A stretch of 32,000 bases of DNA from Caldivirga maquilingensis IC-167. Lineage in GTDB: Archaea; Thermoproteota; Thermoprotei; Thermoproteales; Thermocladiaceae. The notes beneath the pieces were generated by a model. The model saw only the letters and a program-made list of their open reading frames with translations, did no database searches and was not told where the DNA came from. The translations under genes were made by a program, and so were the position numbers. The stretch lies in assembly GCF_000018305.1 (NCBI RefSeq), contig NC_009954.1, forward strand, positions 60,001 to 92,000, in the 5' to 3' direction. This document shows, piece by piece, positions 16,938-26,230 of the stretch (position 1 is the stretch's first letter; every line of letters starts with the position of its first letter).

Positions 16938-18329
16938 CTAGTACTCGCTTGAGTAAACGTAGGGTATACCTAAGGCTGAGGCTAAGTCCTTATTAAGTGA
17001 AGCCAAGTCCTCCGGGGCCAGGTCCTTAATATCGTACTTGCCTAATGCTGAAACAACCATTTGCGTCTCCACGCGGGTTGCCTCAATAAAATTCCTAACA
17101 CCAACCTCACCCTTAGCCATGGCGGCCACTATGAATGGCCTACCAGCGTAAATCGCTGATGCCCCTAATGCCCTTGACTTAGCTATATGGGCGCCGTTAA
17201 ACAACCTACCTGCAAGCAGTAGGCTAACCTTATCATCAATACCCATTAACCTAGCCTTCCTAATCTTAATTAAACCCACTATGGTTGGGTAACCCAACTC
17301 CTTCATGGCCACTGAGGGAGCCATGCCTGTTCCACCCTCTTTACCATCAATCACCACGGCATCAGCACCCTCCTCGTAGGAAACCTTAATGACATCTAGT
17401 ACATCCCTATAGGGGCCAACCTTAACCCACACCTTGGCTCTTGGGTAACTCGTTTTCATTAACCTAATCATCCCCCTTAATATGTCTGCGGTGTATGTTC
17501 CCGGTACTGAATACCTCTCAACCTCCTTCCTACTCGTCTTCTCAGGATCCTCCAGGAAGTGGTACTTCTCCTTAACCTTAATAGCCTCCTCCCTCCTCAT
17601 TTTTATTACCCCACCTAAACCTGGCTTAGCGCCTTGACCAACCTTAATTTCGAAGGCAACCCTACCTTCATCAATGTATGGTTCAAGGTCCTTATCACTA
17701 TACACCTTATTCCAATGCTCATCATACGCATCCTCAACGTTCTGCTGAATGAAGACGCCACCGTACTTATCAATATTAGTTAAGTACGCCATAACCCTCT
17801 CCTTGAAGCTTGGATGCCCGTGAGTCAACCTCTTATCATACCCCCTAACAGTGTGTACATTCTCCCCTATACCATATGGGATACCCTCCTTTGCCGCAGC
17901 CTTAGCTATCACTATACTGTACCTGCTGGCTATGTCGGTTGACCCCATTGACGCCACTACAAGGGGCATTGATGACTTTAAGCCACCTATGTTAGTCTCA
18001 AGGTTAACATCAGTGAATACAGGTTCCCTAAGTAACTCAGCCATCTTCTCAAGTCTCTTTGGAGTGAAGGCTGGTGGAACAAGGATTAAGTCATCTATTG
18101 TTAGGAACCTTGGGTATGACCTTCGATTAATAGGTGCCCCTAGTAGAGCTGCCCCATATGATGCTAATTCACCAAATGGGTAAACACCCTCCTTACCTTT
18201 AATTGCCTTAAGCAGTATCTCATCCAGTGGGTAATCATTAATGAAGTCGCTAATACCTCTAAGCATTATTAGGCTTGCCTTCACCCTGAGGGCAAGTTCA
18301 CTAACCTTTAATGCAAACCACTCAAACAT
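16938..18329 (-). CDS. Glutamate synthase-related FMN-binding protein (stand-alone GltB synthase domain)
   Basis: 463 aa. GQGAKPGLGG and GADAVVIDGKEGGTGMAP are signatures of the Glu_synthase domain. The ATG is preceded by TAGGTGGTTTA, in which the stop of the upstream gene is embedded in an SD-like motif. Confidence 0.85.
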   Translation of the reverse strand: MFEWFALKVSELALRVKASLIMLRGISDFINDYPLDEILLKAIKGKEGVYPFGELASYGAALLGAPINRRSYPRFLTIDDLILVPPAFTPKRLEKMAELLREPVFTDVNLETNIGGLKSSMPLVVASMGSTDIASRYSIVIAKAAAKEGIPYGIGENVHTVRGYDKRLTHGHPSFKERVMAYLTNIDKYGGVFIQQNVEDAYDEHWNKVYSDKDLEPYIDEGRVAFEIKVGQGAKPGLGGVIKMRREEAIKVKEKYHFLEDPEKTSRKEVERYSVPGTYTADILRGMIRLMKTSYPRAKVWVKVGPYRDVLDVIKVSYEEGADAVVIDGKEGGTGMAPSVAMKELGYPTIVGLIKIRKARLMGIDDKVSLLLAGRLFNGAHIAKSRALGASAIYAGRPFIVAAMAKGEVGVRNFIEATRVETQMVVSALGKYDIKDLAPEDLASLNKDLASALGIPYVYSSEY

Positions 18330-18337
18330 TAAACCAC

Positions 18338-19384
18338 CTATGGCGCCGGTCCTACACCAGCTACCTTAGGGTATGGTCTAGCCTCCCAAACAGCCCTAAG
18401 GCCGCAAATATACCTAGTGAACCTCTCAACACCTATGCCGAAGCCCGCGGTTTTTAATGGGTAGAAGTCCTTAAGCATTTCAAGGAACCACCTGTACTTA
18501 TTTGGATCCTCCCCAGCCTCCCTTATCCTACTAATTACCTTAACAGGCTCATACTCACGTTCACCGCCTGAAATAGCCTCACCAAAGCCCTCTGGGTAAA
18601 GCATGTCGAAGTCCCTTAAGTAACCTGGCTTACCTGGATCCTCCCTATTATAGAATCCCCTGGATCCCTTAGGGTACTCGTAGATGAAGAGTGGACTATC
18701 GTGGTGAGCTGAAAGCACTTTTTCGCATTCCCAAAGTATCTCAGTATTCCTTGGGTTACTGCAACCAAGCTTATTAACAAGCTCCACAGCCTCCGCGTGA
18801 GTGTAGCGGGTGAAGGGGGTCTTATAATGCGGTAGTTCCCTTCCCATTTTCTCAAGGTCCTTGCCGTGAACATCCCTAATGTACCTAGTAACATACATGA
18901 ATAAACCCTCGGCAACATTCATAGCATCATCAAGTGTACCGTTAAGTATCTCTAAGTCAACTTGGAAGAATTCAACAAGATGCCTACCAGTGAATACGCT
19001 ATCATTCGGCTCAAACCTAATGTTTGGGGACACGAAGTATACTTTACCAAGCACTGCAGCCATATACTGCTTATACAGTATTGCACTGGACATTACCTTA
19101 TACTCATGACCATAGAAGTCCACTGTGGCTTGCTTAGCACCCCTTATTCCAGGGTCGGTGACAGGCCCTATTATTGGTGGTAGAACCTCTGTGAAACCCT
19201 GGGAATCTAAGTATTCTCGAATAGCGTGAAGTATGGAGGCTTGGATTTTAAACACTGTAACGTACTTACTCTCCCTAGCCCACTTCCAAGAGTACTTAAC
19301 CCACTCATCAATGAACTTTAAGTACGATTCCTTATCCTTAACCATCTTCTCAAACTCGAGTATAGCTGAATGAACCTTGCTCAT
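18338..19384 (-). CDS. asnA: Archaeal asparagine synthetase A-type protein (class II AsnRS/AspRS catalytic core without the anticodon-binding domain)
   Basis: 348 aa. Class II motifs are present: motif 1 GFTEVLPPII, motif 2 GRHLVEFFQVDLE and motif 3 GFGIGVERFTRYICG. There is no N-terminal OB domain. Confidence 0.8.
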   Translation of the reverse strand: MSKVHSAILEFEKMVKDKESYLKFIDEWVKYSWKWARESKYVTVFKIQASILHAIREYLDSQGFTEVLPPIIGPVTDPGIRGAKQATVDFYGHEYKVMSSAILYKQYMAAVLGKVYFVSPNIRFEPNDSVFTGRHLVEFFQVDLEILNGTLDDAMNVAEGLFMYVTRYIRDVHGKDLEKMGRELPHYKTPFTRYTHAEAVELVNKLGCSNPRNTEILWECEKVLSAHHDSPLFIYEYPKGSRGFYNREDPGKPGYLRDFDMLYPEGFGEAISGGEREYEPVKVISRIREAGEDPNKYRWFLEMLKDFYPLKTAGFGIGVERFTRYICGLRAVWEARPYPKVAGVGPAP

Positions 19385-19547
19385 ACTTTCACACCCATTG
19401 CCGTAGTCTACTTATACACCTTATCATCAATTTAACAATATATTAACGTGAATTAACGGTTAATCAGCCTAATAATTTAGGTAATAGATAGAATAGTTAC
19501 CATAATACTACGTTTAATTTCAGTCACTTAGCCCTATAATTAGTACC

Positions 19548-20807
19548 TCACCTAGTGGTCACAATTCTTACAATAGATCTATGCTGAAGCCTCTCATTAA
19601 GGCCAATCCTCCTACCACTTAAGGCATCTACAGCAAACATAGCCCTCTTAGCAATATCACTGTGTATTGCTGATGCTAAGTCAAGTACAGTTGCGTTCCT
19701 GGGAAGCAGGTATACGTCAGGTAGGACCCTACCCTCAGTGTCAGTTAGCCTCTTCTCATCGGCCACTGGGTAAACAGCTATCATGCCTAACACATCAAAC
19801 ACCGCTGTGTTAAGGGCCTTAACAACCCCGGTTCCACCCCATTTCCTCATAATTGACCTAATTCTCTCAAGGGCCTTAACCTGCTCAGGCATTAGGTTAC
19901 CTACTATTGTGAAGTCTTGATCCCCGGGAATGTACTTTATTAAACCCTTATTGGCCGCTCTCCTCAACGCTAACTCGGCATCAGCACTAGTTGGTATTAC
20001 CCTATACCCCTTAAGTTCATTAATCATCCTCTTTATGTTATCCTCAGCCTCAGGTATATCAGCCTTATTGGCTGCAATAACCATGGGCTTACCGATGGAT
20101 CTAATATACTTTACAAGACCCATAATAGCCTCCTCACCCCATAAATGCGGTTGCTTATTAATTAATGATAATTGAGTCAAAGCCTCCTCAATAATAGCCC
20201 TAGTTATGCCTAATCCACTTAACATACTGTAGAGTACATCCTCGATCTTCTGCTTAGAGTACTCCACCTGTCTAACCACCTTATCCCACTCCTTCTTAAC
20301 TATCTGAAGCATCCACATGTCGACCTCATTCTCAAGGAACTTAACATCAAGTAGGGGATCATGAGTACCAGGCTTAACAATCCTACCCTCCTCATCAGTA
20401 CCACCTGAGGCGTCAACAACATGAATCAGTACAGGCGCCCTCCTGAGGTGGTCTAGGAATTGGTTGCCAAGACCCCTACCCTGCCATGCACCAGGTACTA
20501 GGCCTGCCACATCAATTAACTCCACTGGAATTAACCTAGTCCCATCCATGCATATTGAATTCCTTGGATTGTCCTTAACCCCAAGGTCCCTGCAAACACA
20601 TGGTATTGTAACATAACCCACACCCACGTTAGGTTCAATTGTAGTGAATGGGTAAGGCGCAATCTTAACATCAATTAAGGTTGATGCAGCGAAGAAGGTT
20701 GACTTCCCGGCATTAGGCTTCCCAACAATACCAACCTGCACGTGCGTTTGAGTGAGCACTATTAAGTATGGTTTAGGTTTAATTAAAGCTTTGCTGTTGA
20801 TTATCAT
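19548..20807 (-). CDS. ychF: YchF/OLA1-type (Obg-family) GTPase/ATPase with a C-terminal TGS-like domain
   Basis: G1 motif GIVGKPNAGKSTFF, then DVAGLV, then NKAD. The true start is probably GTG 20759, because a palindromic TTTAATTAAA box (20778-20787) lies about 24 nt upstream of it and inside the maximal ORF. Confidence 0.85.
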   Translation of the reverse strand: MIINSKALIKPKPYLIVLTQTHVQVGIVGKPNAGKSTFFAASTLIDVKIAPYPFTTIEPNVGVGYVTIPCVCRDLGVKDNPRNSICMDGTRLIPVELIDVAGLVPGAWQGRGLGNQFLDHLRRAPVLIHVVDASGGTDEEGRIVKPGTHDPLLDVKFLENEVDMWMLQIVKKEWDKVVRQVEYSKQKIEDVLYSMLSGLGITRAIIEEALTQLSLINKQPHLWGEEAIMGLVKYIRSIGKPMVIAANKADIPEAEDNIKRMINELKGYRVIPTSADAELALRRAANKGLIKYIPGDQDFTIVGNLMPEQVKALERIRSIMRKWGGTGVVKALNTAVFDVLGMIAVYPVADEKRLTDTEGRVLPDVYLLPRNATVLDLASAIHSDIAKRAMFAVDALSGRRIGLNERLQHRSIVRIVTTR

Positions 20808-20902
20808 AACTTAGGCGGCTGAATAATCATCACTAACTCAGCCCCAGCCTTCTCCGCATGATTACCTTAAGTCGATGAGGTGATTTATTTAAGTATTGCT
20901 TC

Positions 20903-21235
20903 TCATTCACTTAAGGCTTCCTTAAGTCTCATAATCATTAACGATAAAGCCCCCTTATCCACTACGTAAATGCATTTATCCTTGTTAATTCTTCTCGCGT
21001 TAACATCAGTAATAATACTACTAAGCGTACTCTTGATCATTGACTTATCCTCATTACTTAACTTCCTATGATGCTGAATAATACCTATTATACGTCTATA
21101 ACTTATGTACACTACATTACCCTTTGATGAAGAATCAACGTACTCAAGCACCCTTAATAATTCACGAATAACCATTACCTTACCCCTCTTTACTCCATTA
21201 ATATCAGTGATAAGATCAAATATACTCTTAGCCAC
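20903..21235 (-). CDS. Hypothetical 110-aa protein
   Basis: GTG start with CTATTTAACAA about 27 nt upstream. It is divergent from the stomatin gene. I recognise no motif. Confidence 0.45.
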   Translation of the reverse strand: MAKSIFDLITDINGVKRGKVMVIRELLRVLEYVDSSSKGNVVYISYRRIIGIIQHHRKLSNEDKSMIKSTLSSIITDVNARRINKDKCIYVVDKGALSLMIMRLKEALSE

Positions 21236-21314
21236 ATACCACTGCTGGCTATTATTGTTAAATAGTTTACGTATATTGACTAAAAGTTTTAAAATCCTAG
21301 AATTAAGTTAACCT

Positions 21315-22127
21315 ATGAGCACAATTTCCTTAATTGTGGATATAGTTATTGCAATAATAGTGCTTATAATAGTCATCCCTATATTAGCCTCAGCAATAAG
21401 GATTGTTCCAGAGTATCAAAGACTCGTTAAGCTTAGGTTGGGTAAGTTTAAGGGGGTTTATGGACCTGGTTTAGTACTGGTTATACCCTTCATAGATAGG
21501 GTAATAACCATAGACTTAAGGACTATAATGCTTGATATGCCTTCACAAAGGGCTTTAACCAGGGATAATGTTGAAGTCTCAGTGGATGCATCAGTTTACT
21601 TAAGGGTTCTTGACGCTAAGAACGTGGTATTATCAATACAGGAGTATAGGAGCGCAGCGGCAACAATAGCTGCAGCAACATTAAGGGACGTGGTGGGTAT
21701 GGTGGATTTAGACACCCTCCTAACCCAGAGGGAGGAGGTTGCTAAGAGAATCGCATCAATTGTCGATGAACATGTGGAGCCCTGGGGGCTTAAAATATCC
21801 AGTGTCGCTATAAAGGACATTAAGCTCCCTGACACCTTGGTTAGAGCCATGGCTGCCCAAGCAGAGGCTGAGAGGATGAGGAGGGCTAAGGTAATACTGG
21901 CCCAAGCCGACTACGAGGCTTCTCAAATGTATCTTAAGGCAGCTGAAACATATGTTAAGAACCCAACAGCCTTAACCCTCAGGCAACTTGATACTCTCCT
22001 TGAGGTTGCTAAGGAACATAACCTAATACTAGTCGTTCCAAGTAACCTAGAGCCAGTCACAGCCGCAGCCTTAGCATTGAAGGCTAGGGGAGGACAGGAG
22101 GGGCAGGGTTCATCAAGTGCCAGCTGA
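21315..22127 (+). CDS. SPFH/Band-7 stomatin-family protein
   Basis: 270 aa. An N-terminal hairpin anchor is followed by IVPEYQRLVKLRLGK...TRDNVEVSVDASVYLRV...AEAERMRRAKV. A TTTTAAAA box lies about 25 nt upstream. Confidence 0.9.
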   Translation: MSTISLIVDIVIAIIVLIIVIPILASAIRIVPEYQRLVKLRLGKFKGVYGPGLVLVIPFIDRVITIDLRTIMLDMPSQRALTRDNVEVSVDASVYLRVLDAKNVVLSIQEYRSAAATIAAATLRDVVGMVDLDTLLTQREEVAKRIASIVDEHVEPWGLKISSVAIKDIKLPDTLVRAMAAQAEAERMRRAKVILAQADYEASQMYLKAAETYVKNPTALTLRQLDTLLEVAKEHNLILVVPSNLEPVTAAALALKARGGQEGQGSSSAS

Positions 22128-22151
22128 GGGCTTTGAAAAAGGGTTAAATAC

Positions 22152-23516
22152 ATGTACTTAAAATTAAGTAAAGGTGTAGGTGAAGTGAAGGCACTATTAC
22201 TTGCATTAATTATACTCACCTTAGCATTACCCATGATTGTTCATGCAGCATCCAGCGGCATTATTAAGGTAACCCAGGTCTACACTTATAATTTGAATGG
22301 AGAGATAACTGATAATACTTATGACGAATTAAAGAGCGTTATTAATCAACTCCCACCTGGTAGTGTATTAGTCATATACATGGAAACACCAGGTGGCTTG
22401 CTTGATGCAGCCTTAAACATAGTTAGTCTCTTTGAAACATCAAGTGTAGTGACTGTTGGATTCGTTTACCCAGTGGGCTCATATGCCTGGTCAGGGGGCA
22501 CGTTAGTCCTCCTCTCAACTACAATAGCCGCCATGGCTCCAGGAACCGTAATTGGTTCATGTCAACCAGTGGAGATCAATGAGGTTACTGGGCAGGAGGT
22601 TTTCATAACTGAGCCTAAGATACTTAATGCAGTGGCTAAGTACTTCGTTGAGGCCGCTGAGTTCAGGGGTAGGAACACTACCTTCGCAGCATCCTGCGTA
22701 TACAATGACACTAATCTAGGGCCTGAGGAGGCGCTTAGGTATGGTGTTATTAATTATGTTGCAAGTGATATTAATCAGTTATTATCCATGATGAATGGTA
22801 CCACTGTTAACGTTAATGGAGTTAACTACACGTTAATAATGGAGAACCCGACTATAACTCAATTAACGCCACCCATCAGTTACCAACTTTACGATGCTTT
22901 ACAAAACTCAGTGATTGAGAATATCCTCTCCATACTGGGTGTATTGCTTATCCTGGCAGGTTTAATAACCGCCCACGTATACTTAGCTGGCATAGGTGCA
23001 GCATTACTAGTTGTATTAGCCTTACTTGGCTTACCAATAAACTACGCTGGCTTAGGCTTAATGGTGACTGGTGCCTTATTAATGGCCCTTGAGTGGCATA
23101 GTGGGGGTAAGTTACATGGTGTATTAATAGCCGTTGGTGCGGTGCTTATTGCAGTGGGTTTAATACTACTCATACCAAATGTCACGCCACCCCAGTATGC
23201 ACTTAAATATAACCCAACAACACTTAGAATAATACTTTACAGTGAAATAGTAGGGATTGGAGGCTTATCAGCCTGGATAGTAATGCTAATAGTTAGGGCT
23301 GTTAGGGCTAAGCCAATATCAACAGTAATATATTACCCAGTAACAGGGTTAATTGGAGTAGCTACTGAGGATATTAAGGCTGGGCAAATGGGCATTGTTA
23401 AGATTAGGGGAGAGTACTGGAAGGCAATAGCACTGGAGGATGTTAAGGAGGGTGATAGGGTTACTGTGGTATCGTATGAGAATAATATTATAAAGGTGAA
23501 GAAGGCTAATCAATAG
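22152..23516 (+). CDS. NfeD-family membrane-bound ClpP-class serine protease (stomatin-specific protease type)
   Basis: 454 aa. It has an N-terminal ClpP-like domain (ETPGGLLDAA...GSYAWSGG), central TM helices and a C-terminal OB-fold NfeD domain (GIVKIRGEYWKA...GDRVTVV). An alternative start at GTG 22185 is preceded by GGTGTAGGTGA. Confidence 0.85.
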   Translation: MYLKLSKGVGEVKALLLALIILTLALPMIVHAASSGIIKVTQVYTYNLNGEITDNTYDELKSVINQLPPGSVLVIYMETPGGLLDAALNIVSLFETSSVVTVGFVYPVGSYAWSGGTLVLLSTTIAAMAPGTVIGSCQPVEINEVTGQEVFITEPKILNAVAKYFVEAAEFRGRNTTFAASCVYNDTNLGPEEALRYGVINYVASDINQLLSMMNGTTVNVNGVNYTLIMENPTITQLTPPISYQLYDALQNSVIENILSILGVLLILAGLITAHVYLAGIGAALLVVLALLGLPINYAGLGLMVTGALLMALEWHSGGKLHGVLIAVGAVLIAVGLILLIPNVTPPQYALKYNPTTLRIILYSEIVGIGGLSAWIVMLIVRAVRAKPISTVIYYPVTGLIGVATEDIKAGQMGIVKIRGEYWKAIALEDVKEGDRVTVVSYENNIIKVKKANQ

Positions 23517-23733
23517 TATTTAATGCGCACTGCGTTAGTATCATTAAGACTCTAAGTGACTAATCAACTCACTAAAATTAATTCATGCAATGAATCATGG
23601 GTAACATTCTGTAGAATAATTACCTAAGTGAAGCATGCCCGCTCAAGTTAGGTTGGTAATACACGTATTGCCATCACATCCCAGTGAAGTGACTTATGAT
23701 TCTATTTGAATGCATAAAGCTTATTTAACCTAA

Positions 23734-24060
23734 GTGCGGAGTCCTCATGTGGCGTTCAGTGATTTAGGTAAGAAGCTGCGTGGATTACTTAAGGATACTG
23801 CGTGGATATTTAAGAGGGCTAAAAAGCCTGATAGGGAATCATACTACACCATAGTTAAATTAAGTTTACTAATAATATTCGTCCTTGGGTCATACTCACT
23901 TATCTTCAGTTTCCTGGGTTATGCATTAACGAGTAGATCATCATTACTCGTCGTACCTTACCCTGAGAACATAATAATAATAGTAACCATAGTAATCATA
24001 ATAATAGCCGCATTAGCCTACCTACTGGTAACAACTAGGAGTATTGGTAAAGGTCGCTAA
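23734..24060 (+). CDS. SecE/Sec61-gamma-like membrane protein with an extra C-terminal TM helix
   Basis: LLKDTAWIFKRAKKPDRESYYTIVKLSLLIIFVLGSYSLIF matches the SecE pattern: an amphipathic helix, then KKP-x-x-E-Y/F, then a Gly-containing TM. The start is uncertain; GTG 23734 and GTG 23749 are both candidates. The stop TAA overlaps the ATG of the next gene (TAATG). Confidence 0.5.
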   Translation: MRSPHVAFSDLGKKLRGLLKDTAWIFKRAKKPDRESYYTIVKLSLLIIFVLGSYSLIFSFLGYALTSRSSLLVVPYPENIIIIVTIVIIIIAALAYLLVTTRSIGKGR

Positions 24061-25028
24061 TGACCATACTTGAACCAGGCATATTAATGTTCAGTAATGA
24101 GTTACTGAACCAATACGCACTGCATGTTATTGAGAAAATTAATGAAATTAAACCACTTAATGCTATTGATGAATTAATGTTAAGCATGATTGGGGTGAAG
24201 AGCGGTAGCTTATTAGCTAATGCACTCATGTGGCCTGGTCCAATGCCTGAAATCAACCTTAACTCACTAAACCCCTGTGAAGCCTACCCGCTGGCTAAGA
24301 TACTTCTATTAAATTGGCCCGCTGGTTTTAATTTAAGTGAATTAAGGTTAATGAGGGAAAGAGCACTAAGGGAGTGCCCTAGTGACCTTGATAAGCTGCA
24401 GTTAAGGTTAATTAAGCATAATGATGCCATTAGACTCCTCACTAAGCTATACTATAATGCTGTTACCGGTAAACGTAATGAATTAGATTTACCAGGGTTA
24501 ATTTACGCACTTACTGTATATGGATTATACGACAAGGCCCTTAGGTTACTTAAGCTTAAGGCGCCTGAGGTCATTAGTAATCCCTTAATGATACTTAGAA
24601 TACTGTTGAGGGGATTCCTGAATATTACACCCTGGCATAGGGGTCTCATATTATCCACCAGTATACTGAATGTTTCAGATTGGGCATTAGTTACCGTTAG
24701 GTACAGGAATAATACCTGCATAATTACTCAGTTTAAGAGCCTTGAATCCCCATACACGGTCTCCAACTGCACCGTTCAGGTTGAGGGTGGTAGATTAGTT
24801 GTTGAGAATACTGAACCAGTAATAAGCCTTAAACCACTGATTGTTGAATTAATAATGAAGTCAAGCAACTGGGGTGTGGTATTCATAGCCAACAACACCA
24901 ATAACCCTATCACATATGAACCAAGGGCGAGAAACGGGTGCTTAATTAAGGCTAAGGATTATGAAACCAATGAGTGCAATGAACTTTACCTTGACGTAGG
25001 TGAGTACGCATCAATACACTTTACGTGA
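24060..25028 (+). CDS. Hypothetical 322-aa protein (helical N-terminal half, beta-rich C-terminal half)
   Basis: A long ORF translationally coupled to the SecE-like gene. I recognise no motifs. Confidence 0.6.
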   Translation: MTILEPGILMFSNELLNQYALHVIEKINEIKPLNAIDELMLSMIGVKSGSLLANALMWPGPMPEINLNSLNPCEAYPLAKILLLNWPAGFNLSELRLMRERALRECPSDLDKLQLRLIKHNDAIRLLTKLYYNAVTGKRNELDLPGLIYALTVYGLYDKALRLLKLKAPEVISNPLMILRILLRGFLNITPWHRGLILSTSILNVSDWALVTVRYRNNTCIITQFKSLESPYTVSNCTVQVEGGRLVVENTEPVISLKPLIVELIMKSSNWGVVFIANNTNNPITYEPRARNGCLIKAKDYETNECNELYLDVGEYASIHFT

Positions 25029-25033
25029 ATTAA

Positions 25034-25513
25034 TCATGAATTAGCCCTACGCCTACGACCAAGCACAAAACCAACCACTGCAGTGATTATACCTAGTATG
25101 AATAGTATGCCGCCTAGGAGTATTAGGTAACCTGATGTTATGAATGGGCTACTTGCCGCTGAGGTTGAGAAGGACTTATACCTAAGCATTATATTAAACG
25201 TGCAATTATTCATTATGTTTATCGTGGATGTTTGATTATAAACTATAATGGTTATATTGGCTGTTGTCCTGGAGGCGTACGGTACTGGGCTTGGTGAGAT
25301 ACATGATGCGTTACTGGACTCTATTATGAGTACTGAGGTTGGGTAGATTGAAAGACTAATGAAGTTTCCTGGACTTAATGATGATAGTGGAGCATTCTTT
25401 AATTGATTAAATAGACTTAAGGCACTATTAGTTGCCGTGACGGATCCTATTATAGCTAATATAAGGCCTATGACTAAGACTATTACTCCAGATACCGTAA
25501 TTTTATTAACCAT
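25034..25513 (-). CDS. Hypothetical bitopic membrane protein with a sequon-rich ectodomain
   Basis: 159 aa with N- and C-terminal TM helices. The central segment is Ser/Thr/Asn-rich and carries several N-x-S/T sequons. The C-terminus is basic (GRRRRANS). Confidence 0.55.
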   Translation of the reverse strand: MVNKITVSGVIVLVIGLILAIIGSVTATNSALSLFNQLKNAPLSSLSPGNFISLSIYPTSVLIIESSNASCISPSPVPYASRTTANITIIVYNQTSTINIMNNCTFNIMLRYKSFSTSAASSPFITSGYLILLGGILFILGIITAVVGFVLGRRRRANS

Positions 25514-25553
25514 AATGGTTTAGCCTAATTAGGGCTAATAAATATTTCTGAAA

Positions 25554-26165
25554 TTAATCAACCCAATAGTAATGCTCAATGCTTCTTTTACTTGAATTAT
25601 CAATCATTGATATTTCATAGTAATTACTGACCACGTATTCCTCAGGCATTATTCTACGTTCAACCACAATAACCATGTTCCTAGGCTCCTCCACGGTATC
25701 CTCAATCATCTCAAGTACAATACTGGGCTGGGGTAATTCCTTCCCAGTGAATTGTTGAGCAATCTTCTTCTCATCATTGATTATAGCCATATTCCTTAAC
25801 TCAATTAAATCCCAGTGATCCTCAATATTCTCAAGTGACCAAGCCCTACGGGCGATAACCTTAGGGTAAGTGTGCTTACCTGATATTACGCTGCACCTCT
25901 CAGCATCAGGGTCTGTGTGGTCACTGGCAACTGTTATGAATACATCCTCCCTATTCTTAATGAGTAAGGCGTAGGCTATGTTACTGCCGTATGATGCCGT
26001 GATTTTCTTAACGTAGTTACTCGTGGTTATTAAGTATGGTTGAAGGGCTATTGTTGATATGCTTCCTGAATCCTGCTGAACCAATAGGAGTGAACCAACC
26101 GTTATCTCAATATCCTTCTCAGTTCTATTACCGTACTCTGCAATAATGTTTACTCTATGCATCAA
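25554..26165 (-). CDS. Conserved hypothetical protein, DUF2848-like
   Basis: 203 aa. ITVASDHTDPDAE...GKHTYPKVIARRAWSLENIEDHWDLIELRNMA resembles the GSDHTDR...K..PK...W...HWD.LELR pattern I recall for DUF2848; this is from memory only. TTTATAAACC lies about 24 nt upstream of the ATG. Confidence 0.55.
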   Translation of the reverse strand: MMHRVNIIAEYGNRTEKDIEITVGSLLLVQQDSGSISTIALQPYLITTSNYVKKITASYGSNIAYALLIKNREDVFITVASDHTDPDAERCSVISGKHTYPKVIARRAWSLENIEDHWDLIELRNMAIINDEKKIAQQFTGKELPQPSIVLEMIEDTVEEPRNMVIVVERRIMPEEYVVSNYYEISMIDNSSKRSIEHYYWVD

Positions 26166-26230
26166 TACACAGACGCAGTCCGGTTTATAAACTATAATGC
26201 TAATTTAACACGTGAGGATTAGGCTTAACT

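Noticed and set aside
18616-19183. Alternative-frame and antisense ORFs within the asnA-type gene (18616-18918 minus; 18879-19109 and 18962-19183 plus)
   Set aside because: They overlap a CDS that carries all three class II synthetase motifs. No independent signals are present.
20817-20843. GGCTGA-N15-TCAGCC hairpin containing CTGA and GTGATGA (D'/C'-box-like) upstream of ychF, a possible C/D box sRNA
   Set aside because: No terminal C box lies upstream at guide distance. The would-be D box 12 nt downstream reads CTAA, not CTGA. The box pattern is therefore incomplete.
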